DNA of 64,000 bases from Octopus vulgaris (lineage: Eukaryota). The DNA lies in the NCBI GenBank assembly GCA_951406725.2, contig OX597817.1:150598001-150662000 (forward strand), given 5' to 3'. The notes under the pieces are model-generated. The model made no database searches, was not told where the DNA came from, and worked only from the letters and a program-made list of their open reading frames with translations. Shown here piece by piece: positions 1 to 13,372 of the stretch. The stretch's first letter is position 1; the number at the start of each line of letters is the position of its first letter. The position numbers were made by a program, and so were the translations under genes.

Positions 1-561
1 AGGCTTTGGCTGGTTCGATGTGATTGTAAAAGAAACTTGCCCAAGATGTCACACACTAGGACTGAACCTGGAACCACATGATTAGGAAGGAAACAACTTA
101 CCACACAACCACACCTGTGCCTATATTGTTAAAACAAAATGTCTTTGTAACTGCTGTAATTTGAAGGCATAAAACATGCACAGACATATTAGACAGAAGC
201 CATATTCAAGAAAAATGGTTTTTAGTGTATTAAACCTTATGGAAGGCACAACTTTGCATTTAGGACCCTGGGTGATTTTTTAGGAAAAAGTCATATATAT
301 TGTATATTGTAGTTTAAATAAACAAGTTTTGTTATAAAAAACCTGATTTGATGTAAAATTGAGCCCGACCAGCTGCTGACAGTTTGTGCCAGTTGCCATC
401 AAGATCTCACATGTTCTTGGACCCTACACTGCCAATTTCCTCCACAGAATTGGGATAACTGTGGCTTGTTTGAGAACTGAGGTGGTCTGGCTACTGCAAT
501 GTCTCTGTGGCACTGCCTTTACATTCATGTCCACAAGGTGCGGCTAAACATGCAATTTGTT

Positions 562-998
562 ATCATCATCGTTTAACGTCCGCTTTCCATGCTAGCATGG
601 GTTGGATGATTTGACTGAGGTCTAGTGAACCAGATGGCTGCACCAGGATCTAGTCTGATCTGGCAGAGTTTCCACAGCTGGATGCCCTTCCTAACGCCAA
701 CCACTCCGAGAGTGTAGTGGGTGCTTTCACGTGCCACCGGCATGAGGGCCAGCCAGGCAGTACTGGCAACTGCCACACTTAAATGGTGCTTTTCATGTGC
801 CACCTGCACAGGAGCCAGTCCAGTGGCACTGACAACAACCTCGCTCGAATGTTTTTTCCACGTGCCAGTAAGGCGATGCAGGTAACGATCACACTCGAAT
901 GGTGCTTTTTACATGCCACCGGCACGGAGGCCAGCTCGTTGCTCTGGCAATAATCACGCTCATATGGTACTCTTAGTGCTCCACTAGCACGGATGCCA
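562..998 (-). mobile_element. SINE-like family 2 ((GAT)n tail, internal ~60-bp tandem units)
   Basis: catcatcgtttaacgtccgctttccatgctagcatggg...ggatgcccttcctaacgccaacc; repeated ggtgcttttacgtgccaccggca units. Confidence 0.8.
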
Positions 999-1215
999 GA
1001 CAATGCGTTACTCCTCTTCCACTGCTTGCTCTCCCTTTTATTTTCCATTTATGGGTCTTTTTCTCAATAATTCAATCATTTATACTTTTAATGATTTTGT
1101 TTCTTTTACTTGTGTAAAAATGTTAAAAACGTCTTAAAAAAAAAGGAAAAGAAAAGCCAAATTGTTTATTGACTCATTTACTGGAATTAATCTTGTGTTT
1201 GTTTTTCACCTGCAG

Positions 1216-1308
1216 GCTTTTGCAGCTATTGAAGCCCTTGCTGATGGTGGAGTCAAAATGGGTTTACCCCGAGCACTCTCTACTAAACTTGCAGCACAAA
1301 CTCTTTTG
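1216..1308 (+). CDS. PYCR: Pyrroline-5-carboxylate reductase, penultimate coding exon (AFAAIEALADGGVKMGLPRALSTKLAAQTLL)
   Basis: P5CR dimerisation-domain motif ALADGGVKMGLPR; cctgcag| acceptor ending 1215 and |gtaagt donor at 1309; 93 nt, phase 0-0. Upstream exons lie outside the window. Confidence 0.95.
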
Positions 1309-2214
1309 GTAAGTGAATGCTTTGTTTATTTATTTTTTGTTACATCTACTTTTCCCAGTTTAACTAACTTGTACCTTGTCAGATAACTCAGCTTAGTGGG
1401 TTGTGTGGTTTAGCATTATGTCAATCCTGAATGAATATAGCTTTGATAGAAAATACATTCCAAGATAGTATATAAACATTACTTGGTAGGATATCTCCAT
1501 AGCAAACAGGTAGTGGGGGAGATTTAGTTAATCAGCCGTGCAAATCATCATTTAACATCTGCTATCTATGCTGTCATGGGTTAGACAGTTGCAAATGCTA
1601 AAAGGATATTCTTGGGAGAATCCATAAAAGATTTTAGTGTTAAGAATTATGGCAGAGTTTTGCTGTTAGGAGAGATTTACTTGGCAATTGTAGAAAGATG
1701 CCATAACAGTTGAGAAAATTCAGAGCTGCTTGCACATTAGTAAAATAAAGATTTGTCAATCATTCCCATGACCAACATCATGGGTATTCGCATGTCCTGC
1801 CTTTTTTTTTAAAAGATGGTAGGGAGAGGGAGATTTAGCCGATATTTCTTGTAGATCAAACAACCACTTAGATTTCCCCAACCCTTGTAGGTAGAATTAC
1901 CTGGCCCACCAGGACAACACAATGAGTGAAGTTAAGTTTGAACTCATGATCATGTTGTTGGGTTAGTTCTGCATTTACGGTACTCTTTACCTTCTTGACA
2001 GTTTTGGTTTAAATTTGCAAATTGGTTTATGCAAAATACATCAAGACCCCATCATCATTTTTGTTTCTTTTTCATTCTGGCACAGGTTACATGTCACTTG
2101 AAATAGTATTCTATGGCTTTTAAATTGCTGAATATTAGTCCCCCACCATACTGTCAAAGTAAAATTTTCCTCCATCTTTTTTTGCTATAATGGAGAAATG
2201 CAATACCATCTTAA

Positions 2215-3393
2215 CCCTTTCATTACCAAACCACCCGAAAAAAATGTTGGTTCATGTGACCAAGCCGCCCGTAATTACCTATTCATATTTAAATGAGAAT
2301 ATCAGAGCAAATCTCGTTAGTACATTCGTGAAAACAAGTGATTATACTTCGTAAACAGTTCATCTACAGTTTTGTACAACGATCGAAGTGTAATTTTAAT
2401 TCCGTGAATTTTGGATTTTTTTCCCCAAATTTGTTCCTATTGTGTTTTCAAAATTTGTAATTCTGACAAAAAATGGATACAAATTTCATTATATCAAGCA
2501 GCGAGTCAGAATTTGTAGGATTTTCTACTGAAAACCTTGATAAATCTAACTCTAAGACTGAAAAAAAAGCACGTGGTATTTGATAATGAATCCGATGTTT
2601 CATTTTCCGAAAATGAAAGCAGTGAATCCGAGAGCTCCGACAGCAATAAAGAAAATGAATTGGCACCTGAATGAAGTGAAAATTTAAAAACTGTTTCTTT
2701 CAGTGATTTTTCTGAAGAAACTGGACCAAGCCACAGTCTTTCCCTTAGACTATTTCTTTTTACTTTTTCGAATGAGCCTATTTGAAATCATTACAGTGGA
2801 AACGAACTGTTACGCTAAATGTAAACAAAGCGAAAGAAAGGATAGTTTGTGGTTTCCCACAACCATAAATGAAATTAAGGCCTATTTTGCCATAAATATT
2901 ATTATGGGTATCAGAAAATTACGGCGGAAACGAACCGTTACGCTAAATGTAAACAAAGCGAAAGAAAGGATAATTTGTGGTTTCCGACAACCTTAAATGA
3001 AATTAAGGCCTATTTTGCCATAAATATTATTATGGGTATCAGAAAGTTACCCAGAATAACAAATTCTATAGTAAAATTTTGTTGTATACCCAATTGAATA
3101 TTAGCTAATAATCCATTTTCTATAGCGATGTTTGAACAAAAATTTTAATAATTTTATATTTTGTTGAATTTACCTGTATCTACCTGCCATTAGAGTCACT
3201 TTGTGACAAGAATTATAGTATAGAATTGGTTGAGAACATTTCATTAAATTATCTTCCAAAAATCACATTAATATATTGATAAATAAAAAAGTTAAAGTTG
3301 TTTAATGAAACTAGACTAAATTTATGATTATGTTAGAAATTAATTGAAACACATAAGGGGTGTATTTTGGTCAGAAATATAGTAACGAAAGGG
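2215..3393 (+). mobile_element. Non-autonomous piggyBac element, family A (TIR CCCTTTCGTTAC), in PYCR intron
   Basis: TTAA on both sides (2211-2214, 3394-3397); TIRs; decayed transposase N-terminus (ETNCYAK...WFPTTINEIKAYFAINIIMGIRKLP); internal ~128-bp tandem duplication 2790-3045. Confidence 0.9.
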
Positions 3394-3978
3394 TTAATTT
3401 TATTAAAAAAGGTAATTTATCCATCATCTATTTAATCCTTTCATGAAAACAATGCCCTACAAAATATCAAGGATAAAAAACAAAATCCCACCTAGCTGAT
3501 ATAAGGGAAACTTATATTTTGACACTGCTTCTTTTAGAATAGCCTCTGCTCTTTGAGTTAGCTTAGCCGTATATACCTTGATTTTCCTGTCACCACCCAG
3601 ATCCTGCACAAAATACACTTCCCCATTCTCAGGTTTTGCTTACAGATTGAATATCACATTGCTTTAACCAGTTTGGAGGGTGGGAAGTTCTTTACAAGAA
3701 CACTAGGTTACCCCACCCCTCCAAATTTATAGTGATTGTGGCTAATTGTAGTCAAACATCATTTAGTATGTTCTTCTAGCTGGCACGGGTTGGACAACTT
3801 AACAAGAACTGGAAAGGCCAGGGACCACACCATGCTCTATAGCCTGTCTTTGGCTTGGTTTCTACAGTTGGATGCATTTTATGTGGCCTCTTCATTTTAG
3901 GATATCAATTCTGTTGTGGTGAGCAGCTTTTCTTGAGTAAGACAAAATATTAAAGCCTTGACAATGTTTCTCTTGCAG

Positions 3979-4164
3979 GGTGCAGCGAAGATGGTTTTAG
4001 AAACAGGAAAACACCCAGGTCAGTTGAAAGATGAAGTATGTTCTCCTGGTGGAACTACAATTACTGCTATGCACACACTCGAGAAAGCAGGCTTCAGAGC
4101 TGCCCTAATAGATGCAGTGGAAGCTGCAACTAAACATTCTCAATCTCTAGCAAAAAGCAGTTAA
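3979..4164 (+). CDS. PYCR: Pyrroline-5-carboxylate reductase, last coding exon ([61 protein letters not shown])
   Basis: Signature [15 protein letters not shown] motif; tttctcttgcag| acceptor, in frame with the previous exon; TAA at 4162-4164. Confidence 0.95.
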   Translation, partial: GAAKMVLETGKHPGQLKDEVCSPGGTTITAMHTLEKAGFRAALIDAVEAATKHSQSLAKSS

Positions 4165-5089
4165 AAAATGTACAGGTAGCAGCTTATTTTGTAAAAACAA
4201 ACACCCTCCCCTCGTTTCATTTAAAGTCTCATTATTATACGAAAAATTATAAATGTATTTTCAAAATCTACATCATCTGTTTTTTCTTTTTACTTTCTAA
4301 ACTATAACTAAAAAAAACTTCATCATTGTCTTGAGGGAAGTGCTTGAATTTTTGTTTAAGCACTTAGCATTTAGAAAATGGCTTCAGTTGGAGAAATCTT
4401 CAAATTTAGCTGGATTTAAGAAAACAAAAAAACAAAAAAAAACGTTTTTAAAACATAGAACATTTCAGAGTCATCATCAACCAAAGTTTGAAACAGTGAA
4501 ATTATACTCAGCTCACCAGGATGGGGAAGACTATAGGTAACTCCACAAATACTAATGCAAAGACTATAAGGAGAAAAGAGTGTATACCGGAGTTTTGCCA
4601 ACTTTCACCTGCAAGTACTCCTCCCAGAGGTAATTTCTACAGCTTCTAAAGAATTCTTATTGTAAGAAACAGTCACTAAAAGAAAAGTGAAAGGGGGGAG
4701 TATAAATAATTTAGTGAGACCCATAATGCAGTTAGTTTGTAGAGGCACCAATTTTTAAGGATTAGTAACTAATTGTATATCTAGAGGAGCTTGCCTGATG
4801 AAGCCCATTCCTTTCAATGCCTCACCCCATCTCCAATGCAACAAGCACCCAATACATGGTACCCATCTAGACTCAGCCAGCTCCAACTTATGTAATAATT
4901 AAAAGAGAATTAAAATCCAAAACATATTAAAGCAAAACTGCAGTACTAAAGCTGGGGGGGATAATAGGGAAGAGATTAAGAGACATAGCTTTAACAAAGG
5001 GAGGGAGCATCTATTTTGTAGACCCATCAAACCCACTTTAGCATTAGAAAAACACAAGTTCCAATGTGCAGAATGTAGGTATGAATCGT

Positions 5090-5135
5090 GAAAGAAAACA
5101 AAACATTGATATATTATGACTTTATTTGTACAAAA
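5090..5135 (-). terminator. Probable rad21 polyadenylation site
   Basis: Minus strand reads TGTA-c-AATAAA (AATAAA at 5121-5126) followed ~15 nt later by a GT/T-rich element tgttttgttttctttc. Confidence 0.55.
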
Positions 5136-8100
5136 TAGAATGCTACGGGATCAGGAATAAAATTTTCCTTATTTTAAAAAAATCAACAGAGTTCCAGAAT
5201 GAAGATAGTAATGATCTATGATACATTGATTGGCAGGTTGATTGGAATATGTTTTAGCGAATAGTGCAATGGAACACTTGACTGAAAACCTTATTTCTCT
5301 GTTAATATTGGCTGCATCACAGCACACACACATCTATACACCCCTGTTTCAACAAAACTTCTGACTTGGTACAAGAGAATCATTCTATAAGAATTAATAT
5401 CCTTAGCAGAACCCTTTAGAATAAAAGTGCCTAAAATGTTAACAACAAATACAAAAAAATATTCAGCTCATATTGGGGAAGAACAGAGGATACCTAACAT
5501 AAAATCTAACTTGAATATTTCAATAAAACCTTATGTGTAAGATTTGTTTCATATAAGAGGGTTGGTGGGGAAAGAATCCAAAGAGGGACCTTAGTAAAAT
5601 TTCCTCCTCCTAATATAAGGCACTAATAATTATAGGATATGAACAGAAGTAAATGGTGAGAAGGAACATGGATGAGTGTTGACTGGACCCCCAAATTATA
5701 TGAACAGAGAAATTTATGCTACTGAAGAGTAATGTTATGTAGATGGGAATAATAATAATAATATAAAAACCCAACTAATCAGGTCATGAAGGTCTTAGTA
5801 AATAAGAATGGAAAATGTGAAGCTACAATGTTCATCATACCTTTTCTCTGGGTTATTAGGGACAGTAAATCTTCTTGAAATGGAAATCAAAACTGAGCTA
5901 CCCTCCCTCCCATTCGACAAGAACGTACACCTTGCACCTGCCACAAATAATAAAATAAATAAAAAATAACAAAATGGTAACAAAGGGACATTGCTGAAAC
6001 AGTTCAGAAGCAATGTACTGAGCACGTCAGCAGTGAACATAAGATATGAAACAATTCATGTAATAGAAAACGAGCCATGCTTCATATGGAATGACAAGCA
6101 CAAGATGTCTTTAAGATCCACACAATATAACTAGTTTCTACTGAAGAGAAGTTAAGATTGCGTGTGTGTCATTTATGCCTTTGTCAAAGACATTTTAGTT
6201 CAAGTGAAGTGCAGTAGATACAACTGGGATTCAAGACCAGCTTGCAGGCTTGGCTTGCTAAGAACTTACCTCTACAGCACTCACGACCACTCAAGGGAAT
6301 TTTTGTAAACAATAGAAATATTGAGGACAAAAATAACAATGTGAAAAAGTCACCAACAAATGCAACTTAGACTGGATAAACTAAATATAAAGCAAAAAAT
6401 ATAAAAATAGAGGGACAGGAAATAATATAACAAGGAATAAATTAGAAAAGCCAAGCCTAAAACAAATTACAGTGACAAGAATTGAAAAGACTGGAAGTGA
6501 ATGTGGAAAGTGTAATGAAAACAGGAATTGGGAAGGGGTCAACAATAAAGCCCGACACGGTAAAATAGCAAATACTTTGATTTTAAACAAGTGGAACAAC
6601 CTAAATATGTCAAGCAGTCAACCATTATAACAAATTAAATCAGATCTTACGATAAGGATGAGTATGTTTAAAAGTTTTGGGATGACATTGAATATAACAA
6701 GTAATGATGAGTTTTAAGTAAAAACAAATGGCTTGAATGTGGAGAAATGAATGCAACTGAACAAGTTGAGGGCAGGGCTGAAATAATTAAAATAAAATTA
6801 AGCATAACAGTCAAGAATTCCACAGACTTTTAAACTGACACAAATGACAACTTTCAAATATAATTTTTTTCCTTCATTTATTTTCTTTTTCTTTCTTTTT
6901 TTTTAAGAAACAAAATGTGTAGGAATGGAACAAACATCTCATAGCACTTATCTTTTTTTTTTCTTTCGGTTTCACTATTATATTTAACCAGAATTGTTGT
7001 ATTTACAATGATACAAATAATGAAGTTATTTACAATTAGCTACATCATGTAGCCAAGCCAGAGGTTGTTGTTGCTGTTAAATCTAATATTCACCAACTCC
7101 ACAAAGGGAAATAATCAAATCAATTGACTTCATCATGCTCTCCACTAGCCACAAAGTTTTCCTTCAATTGGAAAACTTAGAGGAGAAATATACTTAATAC
7201 TTGCCTTAAAACTAAACTGGATGCCAGTCTCCACAAAATAGTAAATAAACAAAAGAAAGGAAAATTGCTGAAGACGTTTGAAAATTAATGATTGAGATAT
7301 AAAGAATTCCTGCCTGATACAAATAAGCAGTATGGATAAATTTGGAAAGCCTTTAGTGAATAAATGAAACGAATGGAGACACCTCAGACTGATATTTTAA
7401 ACTGTAACAGAATCTCACTAACATTTAAAAACATTTCTCTTTTGTATCATAACAACATGACCGATCAATTAGCAATTAAAGGTTCAGTGTATTTTTGTGT
7501 ACCTTATCGTTAGTAATTAATTTACTCAAGCCAATGCTCAAAGAAAATTCAATCTACACATATTGCTACCCTGAGAACATAAATTCTAGATCTATCAGTT
7601 CTTCACACATTTGGTTGAACTTTTACATCACATACCAGCAAATCTGTGATGTCTATAGTAGTCATCTACAACTAAGGGTAATTTGTTCTTTTGGGTAATA
7701 CTCTCTCTCTCCCCCTAACCAAACAACTAATTCTGCTCCTCAATTCTCGTACAAACTTTCGTCTTGACAGCAATTTTGTGACAAATAGCAGACCTGGACA
7801 TCTCCTCAAAGAAAACAATCAGTTCAACCATGTATCAGTCAATTTCAACAAGTCAACTCAAAAGAGACCCATGTCTGCAGAGGAAGGCAGAAAATTTAGA
7901 AACACTGGACAAAATGTATCATGAATGCACAAAATTGTATGAAGATACATTCTTATACTATTCATTAGGTAGTTACACAGCAATGACCTAAGCTAAAGAA
8001 AAAGGGGCAAAACCATTCCTATGGACTCCAAGGTCTTAGTGGTGCACAATGACACTGCCTCATAATGAAGAATGTTGGAGTACATGTATGTACATAAGTT

Positions 8101-9094
8101 GTGCAAGCAACATTTTGAAGAAGGAAATGGAGGCACCTTTAATGGGAAAAGTAAACAAAGGAGTTCCTGTCTAACATTGGCACAGCCAAAAATAGATCTA
8201 TCGTAGTAAGGCTACACCCTACCTATGTCCAAGAGCATTTTCACATACACTAATGAATACATTTAAAAATTTACATAAAAGGAAGCGAGTGATGTCGGTG
8301 CTCCCAAAATGAAATGGGATGATGTAAAATATACTGAGCTCTCATCACCGATTGGTTGATGAATATTAAGTCCTGTCAAATAATGCCGGATGATTAATAC
8401 CCTACAGCCATGTCATTACAATATAAAACAGTCTACATGTTTACAGTTAAAAAAATAATCTAATGATGATAACATTAAAATAATGTGGCTAATGCAATTA
8501 CAGCTGCTGCCATTTGAAAACTAGGAATTTTTCATTATCTCTTAGAGTCAGTGGTTATTTAGTAATTATGGAGAGAGAAAAAAATCTTAGATGATTTCTG
8601 AGAAAGCAGTGAGCTTAAGAATGAAGAAATAAAAGAAATACCTCTTAAAAGTTTTCCTTTCAAAATAAATGTAAATGTATTTATAGCAAGACTAGAAGCA
8701 TCAGAAGTGACAGCAGCAGTAAAGTGCAAGAAATCTAATGATTTAGTCAAGTGATAAGAGAAAAGAAGGCTTGAAAAATAAGCCCTCCCCCCTAATTGTT
8801 GAATATGTGAAAAAGAAGAAAAAAACCCCCAATACTCATCCTGTTTAATTACCTGAGAGGCAATTGTATAAACAGAATAGCTGAGGCTCCTCCTTCTTTC
8901 TCCTTTTCAATTGTTTTTCTTTTTTAAAAGTAGTTCCCCCAAAGAGAGGAAATACACATATACCCCTGACTATAATTACGCACATGTCTGAACTTTAAGA
9001 TAAAAAGATTTCCCAAGCATTTACAATCAGTCAGTCAATCATGGCAACTTAGAAAAAAAAAAAAAACTTCCATCAGTGAATGTCACTGTAACCA

Positions 9095-9400
9095 TTAAAC
9101 AACCAGTCCAAATCGAGGTCCTTTTGTTATAAAGATATCGCCAAAAGGCTCACTTTGATCCACTTCGACAGACTGATGTTTCTTAAGAACTAACAATGTG
9201 TAAAACCGTGACGCTGCCTGTTTACGGTTGTGTTTTCGGATAAGTTCTTTGAAACTAAGTCTTTCATTATATCGGAAAGCTATATCCAATGAATGTTGCA
9301 TTTGAAGAGATCGCTTGTTCCATTGTTTTTCTTGCTCAGCATCATCCAAATTGGAGTCGATAACACCGTCAACCTCTCCTGATTCAATATCTTCAAATGT
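9095..9400 (-). CDS. rad21: rad21 last coding exon, C-terminal winged-helix (SMC1-binding) domain
   Basis: WNKRS.QM...NRKQAASRFYTLLVLKKHQ...QSEPFGDIFITKGPRF motif; ctttacag| acceptor; TAA at 9095-9097. Confidence 0.97.
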   Translation of the reverse strand, partial: TFEDIESGEVDGVIDSNLDDAEQEKQWNKRSLQMQHSLDIAFRYNERLSFKELIRKHNRKQAASRFYTLLVLKKHQSVEVDQSEPFGDIFITKGPRFGLVV

Positions 9401-10777
9401 CTGTAAAGCAAATAAAAATAATAATAATAATAATGAATGAACTAGTAAGAAAACAAATATTTTTCTCAAGCCATGCTATTATGCTGATAATTTTTTTCTA
9501 CTATTATATTTATATAACTGACCTGAAAGCTATTAGTTGAAGATATGAAGTGATATTTACTAATGTAGACTACTTAGTATATTGACAACCGACATACAAT
9601 TTCCATAGCCTTGTTTTGTGGGTTAATTTGTTTACAAGCTAATATTGATAATATAAAAATGCAATCAAACAAATTAATGAATATAATTGCATAATAGTTC
9701 AGCTAAACTCGAACTTAAGAATACTTATAAGAATAAATTAATAATTAATCAAATGTTTATATTCAATAAAATGATAACAATTAAACAAAACAAAGATATA
9801 ATACATAAGACTGAGTAATTAAAATTTCATTTATACACTATTGTAAAATAACAAGTCCAGTGCTTTCAAAAATGGTTTAACTTTTTATGAAAGTTCACTA
9901 AACTCATCACATCATTGGTTTAAGTGCCTTGCTAAATGTGGATGGAACATGTGGAAGAGGGAGACCCTGAAAGATGATAGGTGAAGTAGTGAAGATTAAC
10001 CTCAGGATATTGAGCCTCACAGGGATGACAAATGACTTAGATGATTAGTGATTTGTAGTGCTTGAGAAGAGCCACATGTTTCACTAAAGATATGAAGACC
10101 CTTTTCACCCCACTTTTGTGCTCCCAGTTATTCATTTCTCACTCATCTTACATTTTCAATATCCATCTAGAGCATTCATCTATCTCCTCTACAGCAAGAC
10201 ACTTGTTCCTATTTTTCTATAATATATTAAACCTCTCAATACATGGAATAAAGCTACCTCCCTCGATATTACAACCCCACTCAGTTGAGGGTTTCTTGTC
10301 TTGCGAGTTACTTGGTAACCTCACTGGTGTGGATTCCACAAAACAAGCACCAACTACACACTAAAAAACCATGCTAGAGCTGACAATGGAGCACAATGCA
10401 GTCCTCTGGCTCATCAAATCTTGTTGAACCATGCAACCCATACCCACATGGAAAACGGACAAACAATGACAATAATTTTTCATGTTTGACTTTGTCAGAT
10501 TTTTCTACAGCCGTATACCCTTCTTGTTGCAAATCCTCACCAAGCAAGGTAATATTTCTCACATGGCCAGGCATGCATATTTTAAGGAAGATTGCAAATA
10601 AAAGTACAACAGTGATGCTGAGACAAGGAAACGCCCATACCATGTACATAATTGGCTTCTTTTATTTTCTGTCTCCCAAAACCACTGAAAGGCTTTGATG
10701 AGAGTGAAGTTGTACTAAAAGACAACTGCCCAAAGAAGCAAATTTCTGAACGGCACAGGTAAGCCTATGCCTATAAA

Positions 10778-11060
10778 TCATCATCATCGTTTAAACGTCC
10801 GTTCTGCATGCTAGCATGGGTTGGACGGTTCGACTGGGGATCTGGGAAGCCAGAAGGCTGCACCAGGCTCCAGTCTGATCTGGCAGTGTTTCTACAGCTG
10901 GATGCCCTTCCTAACGCCAACCACTCCGTGAGTGTAGTGGGTGCTTTTTACGTGCCAGGCGAGGCTGACAACGGCCACGATCGGATTGGTGCATTTTACG
11001 TGCCACCGGCACAGGGATCACAATTGCAGTTTCCATTGATTTTGATGTTGGTGTACTTGA
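10778..11060 (-). mobile_element. SINE-like family 2
   Basis: Homologous to 562-998. Confidence 0.8.
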
Positions 11061-11181
11061 CTCAATATATATAAAATTTTACAACGGTGTCTGCATTTAC
11101 ACAAGAGAGAGAGAGACCAAAGAAATGGAATCTAAAACTATCATCAGTTATAGAAAAACTATATTTGTAAATATTACTTAC

Positions 11182-11672
11182 CAGTTGACAAGATGGTGGC
11201 GGCACTGAAGCAGGAGCAACAGAGGCAGGGTCACATGATGGAGGGGGAACAGAAAGTGGTGCAATTGATGGGGGTTCATCATCTAAATCTTTAGGATAGA
11301 CTGAATCATTGTCACCAGGAATATCAACCATTGTATCATTAAAGGTGCCTGAAAAAAGATCTGTGGTATTTGAAGGATCATCCTGTTGAGGAGTCTGTGC
11401 TGCTTGTTCTGGTAGAGTCTTATCAAATGCTTTACTTGGTGATGTTGATTGCATACTTGGTTCAGTTGATACAGCAGATGGCTCCTCAACAGTGGAATTT
11501 TCTTCAGCTGGTGGCTTCATATTTTCAGATGTAAATAAAACGTCCGATGAAGGGAAAACATCTGAATCAACAGGAAGAGGTGCAGGAGTTACTGGAGGGG
11601 CAGGTGTCGCTTGAGCTGCAGCAGCTGCTGCTGCTGCCGCCGCCGCTGCTGCTGCCTCTGCCTTCGCTTGAC
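11182..11672 (-). CDS. rad21: rad21 coding exon 10 (poly-Ala, Pro/Ser/Asp-rich linker)
   Basis: Long open frame that bridges phases between neighbouring exons; ttttgatgtag| and |gtaagt; 491 nt, phase 1-0. Confidence 0.88.
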
Positions 11673-11771
11673 CTACATCAAAAGAAAAGATGGTACAAAG
11701 AATTAAAATTTTATAATGAGCAATATCTATCAAACAAAACATTTGACACAATATTTTTAATTCCACATTAA

Positions 11772-12219
11772 CCCTTTCGTTATTGTATTTATTTTGAGAT
11801 GCTCTCTGTTTCTTTCAATTACTTTAACCCTTTAGTGTTCAGATTACTCTGTTAAATGTAATACTTCTTCACTCAAATTGTTTTGAAAAATCAGGCATTA
11901 TTTTATAGCTTTGAGGTTTCAATGATGTGATTGTTTATTTTTAGAATGTCAATGTAGGTTAGGTGTGAGAGGCTAGATATGGCCAGTTTGAATATAAAAC
12001 ATGTAGAATATCTGAGCCAGATATGGCCGGTTTAAACACTAAAGGGTTAAATATAACAAAGAATTTAGTAAAATCATCATCACCATCGTAACTTAGTTAT
12101 CATAAAGCTAGCGCTAGGAACATAAATTGTGACTAAGATTTGGTGGAAGATTTTAATTCAGAACTTTTGAAAACAAGACATTTGTACTCAGAGCCAGAGC
12201 CGGGTTGGTATCAAAAGGG
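11772..12219. mobile_element. piggyBac family A MITE (~220 bp) with nested family B MITE
   Basis: TTAA|ccctttcgtta...tcaaaaggg|TTAA; collinear with the copies at 45259, 57058 and 61993 apart from the insert. Confidence 0.88.
11828..12046. mobile_element. piggyBac family B MITE
   Basis: TTAA|ccctttagtgtt...aacactaaaggg|TTAA; ends match the 20071-22842 element. Confidence 0.88.
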
Positions 12220-12293
12220 TTAAGAAGTTTTGAGCATTTCATGGATTATAATTTTACATAAAGCCTGTTATGTTTCACCCCTTACCTTTAGAC

Positions 12294-12575
12294 CAGCAAT
12301 TCCCAAACATTTAAAAAAATTTTTTTATTTAAGGACCCTTTTTGATTACTATTTCATTCTGGTGCATCTCCATAGCATTACTATGTTTAAAAACTAATTT
12401 TATAGATACAGATACTTCTTCCACTTGTGTAGGTTGAACTATGTAACACATTAGAGATGGAAACCTAGCCGTGTTTTGCAATACATCTAGAGCAACATTT
12501 TTCATCCACTCTTGAAATAATATTTTGGACCCAATTTACTATTTTTATTACGTGGACCCTGGCTGAGAACCACTG
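12294..12575. mobile_element. Degenerate hAT/Charlie-type MITE
   Basis: Ends cagcaattcccaaac...gctgagaaccactg; 8-bp flanks ctttagac/ttttaaac resembling the NTCTAGAN target. Confidence 0.5.
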
Positions 12576-12639
12576 TTTTAAACTGAGATACTCAAGGAGA
12601 TTTAATCACTCAATTATAATTGATTAAAGAAGTACTGAC

Positions 12640-12910
12640 CTCTCTTTGTAGGCTGAAGGGTCGCTTGCAGTTGTTGGGGTGTCATTTGTGCTTGATGATT
12701 TAGCTGTGCATTTTGATGTAAAGGAGTTTGCTGCTGTTGCATTTGTGGTGTCCCTGCTGGGAAAGGAAGATGAAGATTTTGGTGTGGCTGAACAAGTTGA
12801 TCGTGTTCATCACGAGCCAACTCAGGTGATTCCAACTCTATTTTTTCTCCTTCGTGATCCTCTTCTTCTTCAGTATTCATAGGTTTAGTAATTAAGTTTC
12901 TACCAAATAG
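12640..12910 (-). CDS. rad21: rad21 coding exon 9 (LFGRNLITKP...LESPELARDE...Gln-rich...QPTKR)
   Basis: LF.R.L continuation of the SA-binding region; ExxR motif ELAR; ttattaaag| and |gtcagt; 271 nt, phase 0-1. Confidence 0.88.
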
Positions 12911-13372
12911 CTTTAATAAAAAGAAAAGGCAAATTAAGAAAATATGATATATATATATATATATGTAAAAACGACCCCCCTCCCACAACATTTTTTTTTT
13001 TAAAGATCCATGCACTGCGCAAATGTGGACTGAACTGTGGTTTAATGACAGGGCACATTTTTCAATACAGATATTTTTGAATTCATTTCCAGTAAAGTCA
13101 CTTCAAGTTATAAGCATCTTACAAAAGTTAAACATTTTGCTTGCAAGAATTGCCCTTTAAAACAGAATAGACAAAAATACAGATTGAATTAAAGAAATAT
13201 ATAAAAAAAAAAATTTAAAAATCAACTAATCTCTTACACTGTTGCTGAGACAGAAAGAGAGAGAAAAATGAGAGGAAGTGTGTGTATTAGCAAGAATGTG
13301 AGAGTGAAATTGAAAGTGATTGAAATGTTGGGAAAAATAAAACAGAAATTACTGAGACCGTTCTTTACTTAC

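Noticed and set aside
720-930. Regularly spaced ggtgcttttacgtgccaccggca repeats that look CRISPR-like
   Set aside because: Degenerate internal tandem units of a eukaryotic SINE; the spacers are mutually similar and there are no cas genes.
573-1048. ORFs ending ...NHPTHASMESGR, recurring at 53379, and similar ORFs at 10808 and 63388
   Set aside because: Incidental frames in SINE family 2 copies.
4790-4825. CTGATGA hammerhead-like core
   Set aside because: No downstream stem plus GAAA.
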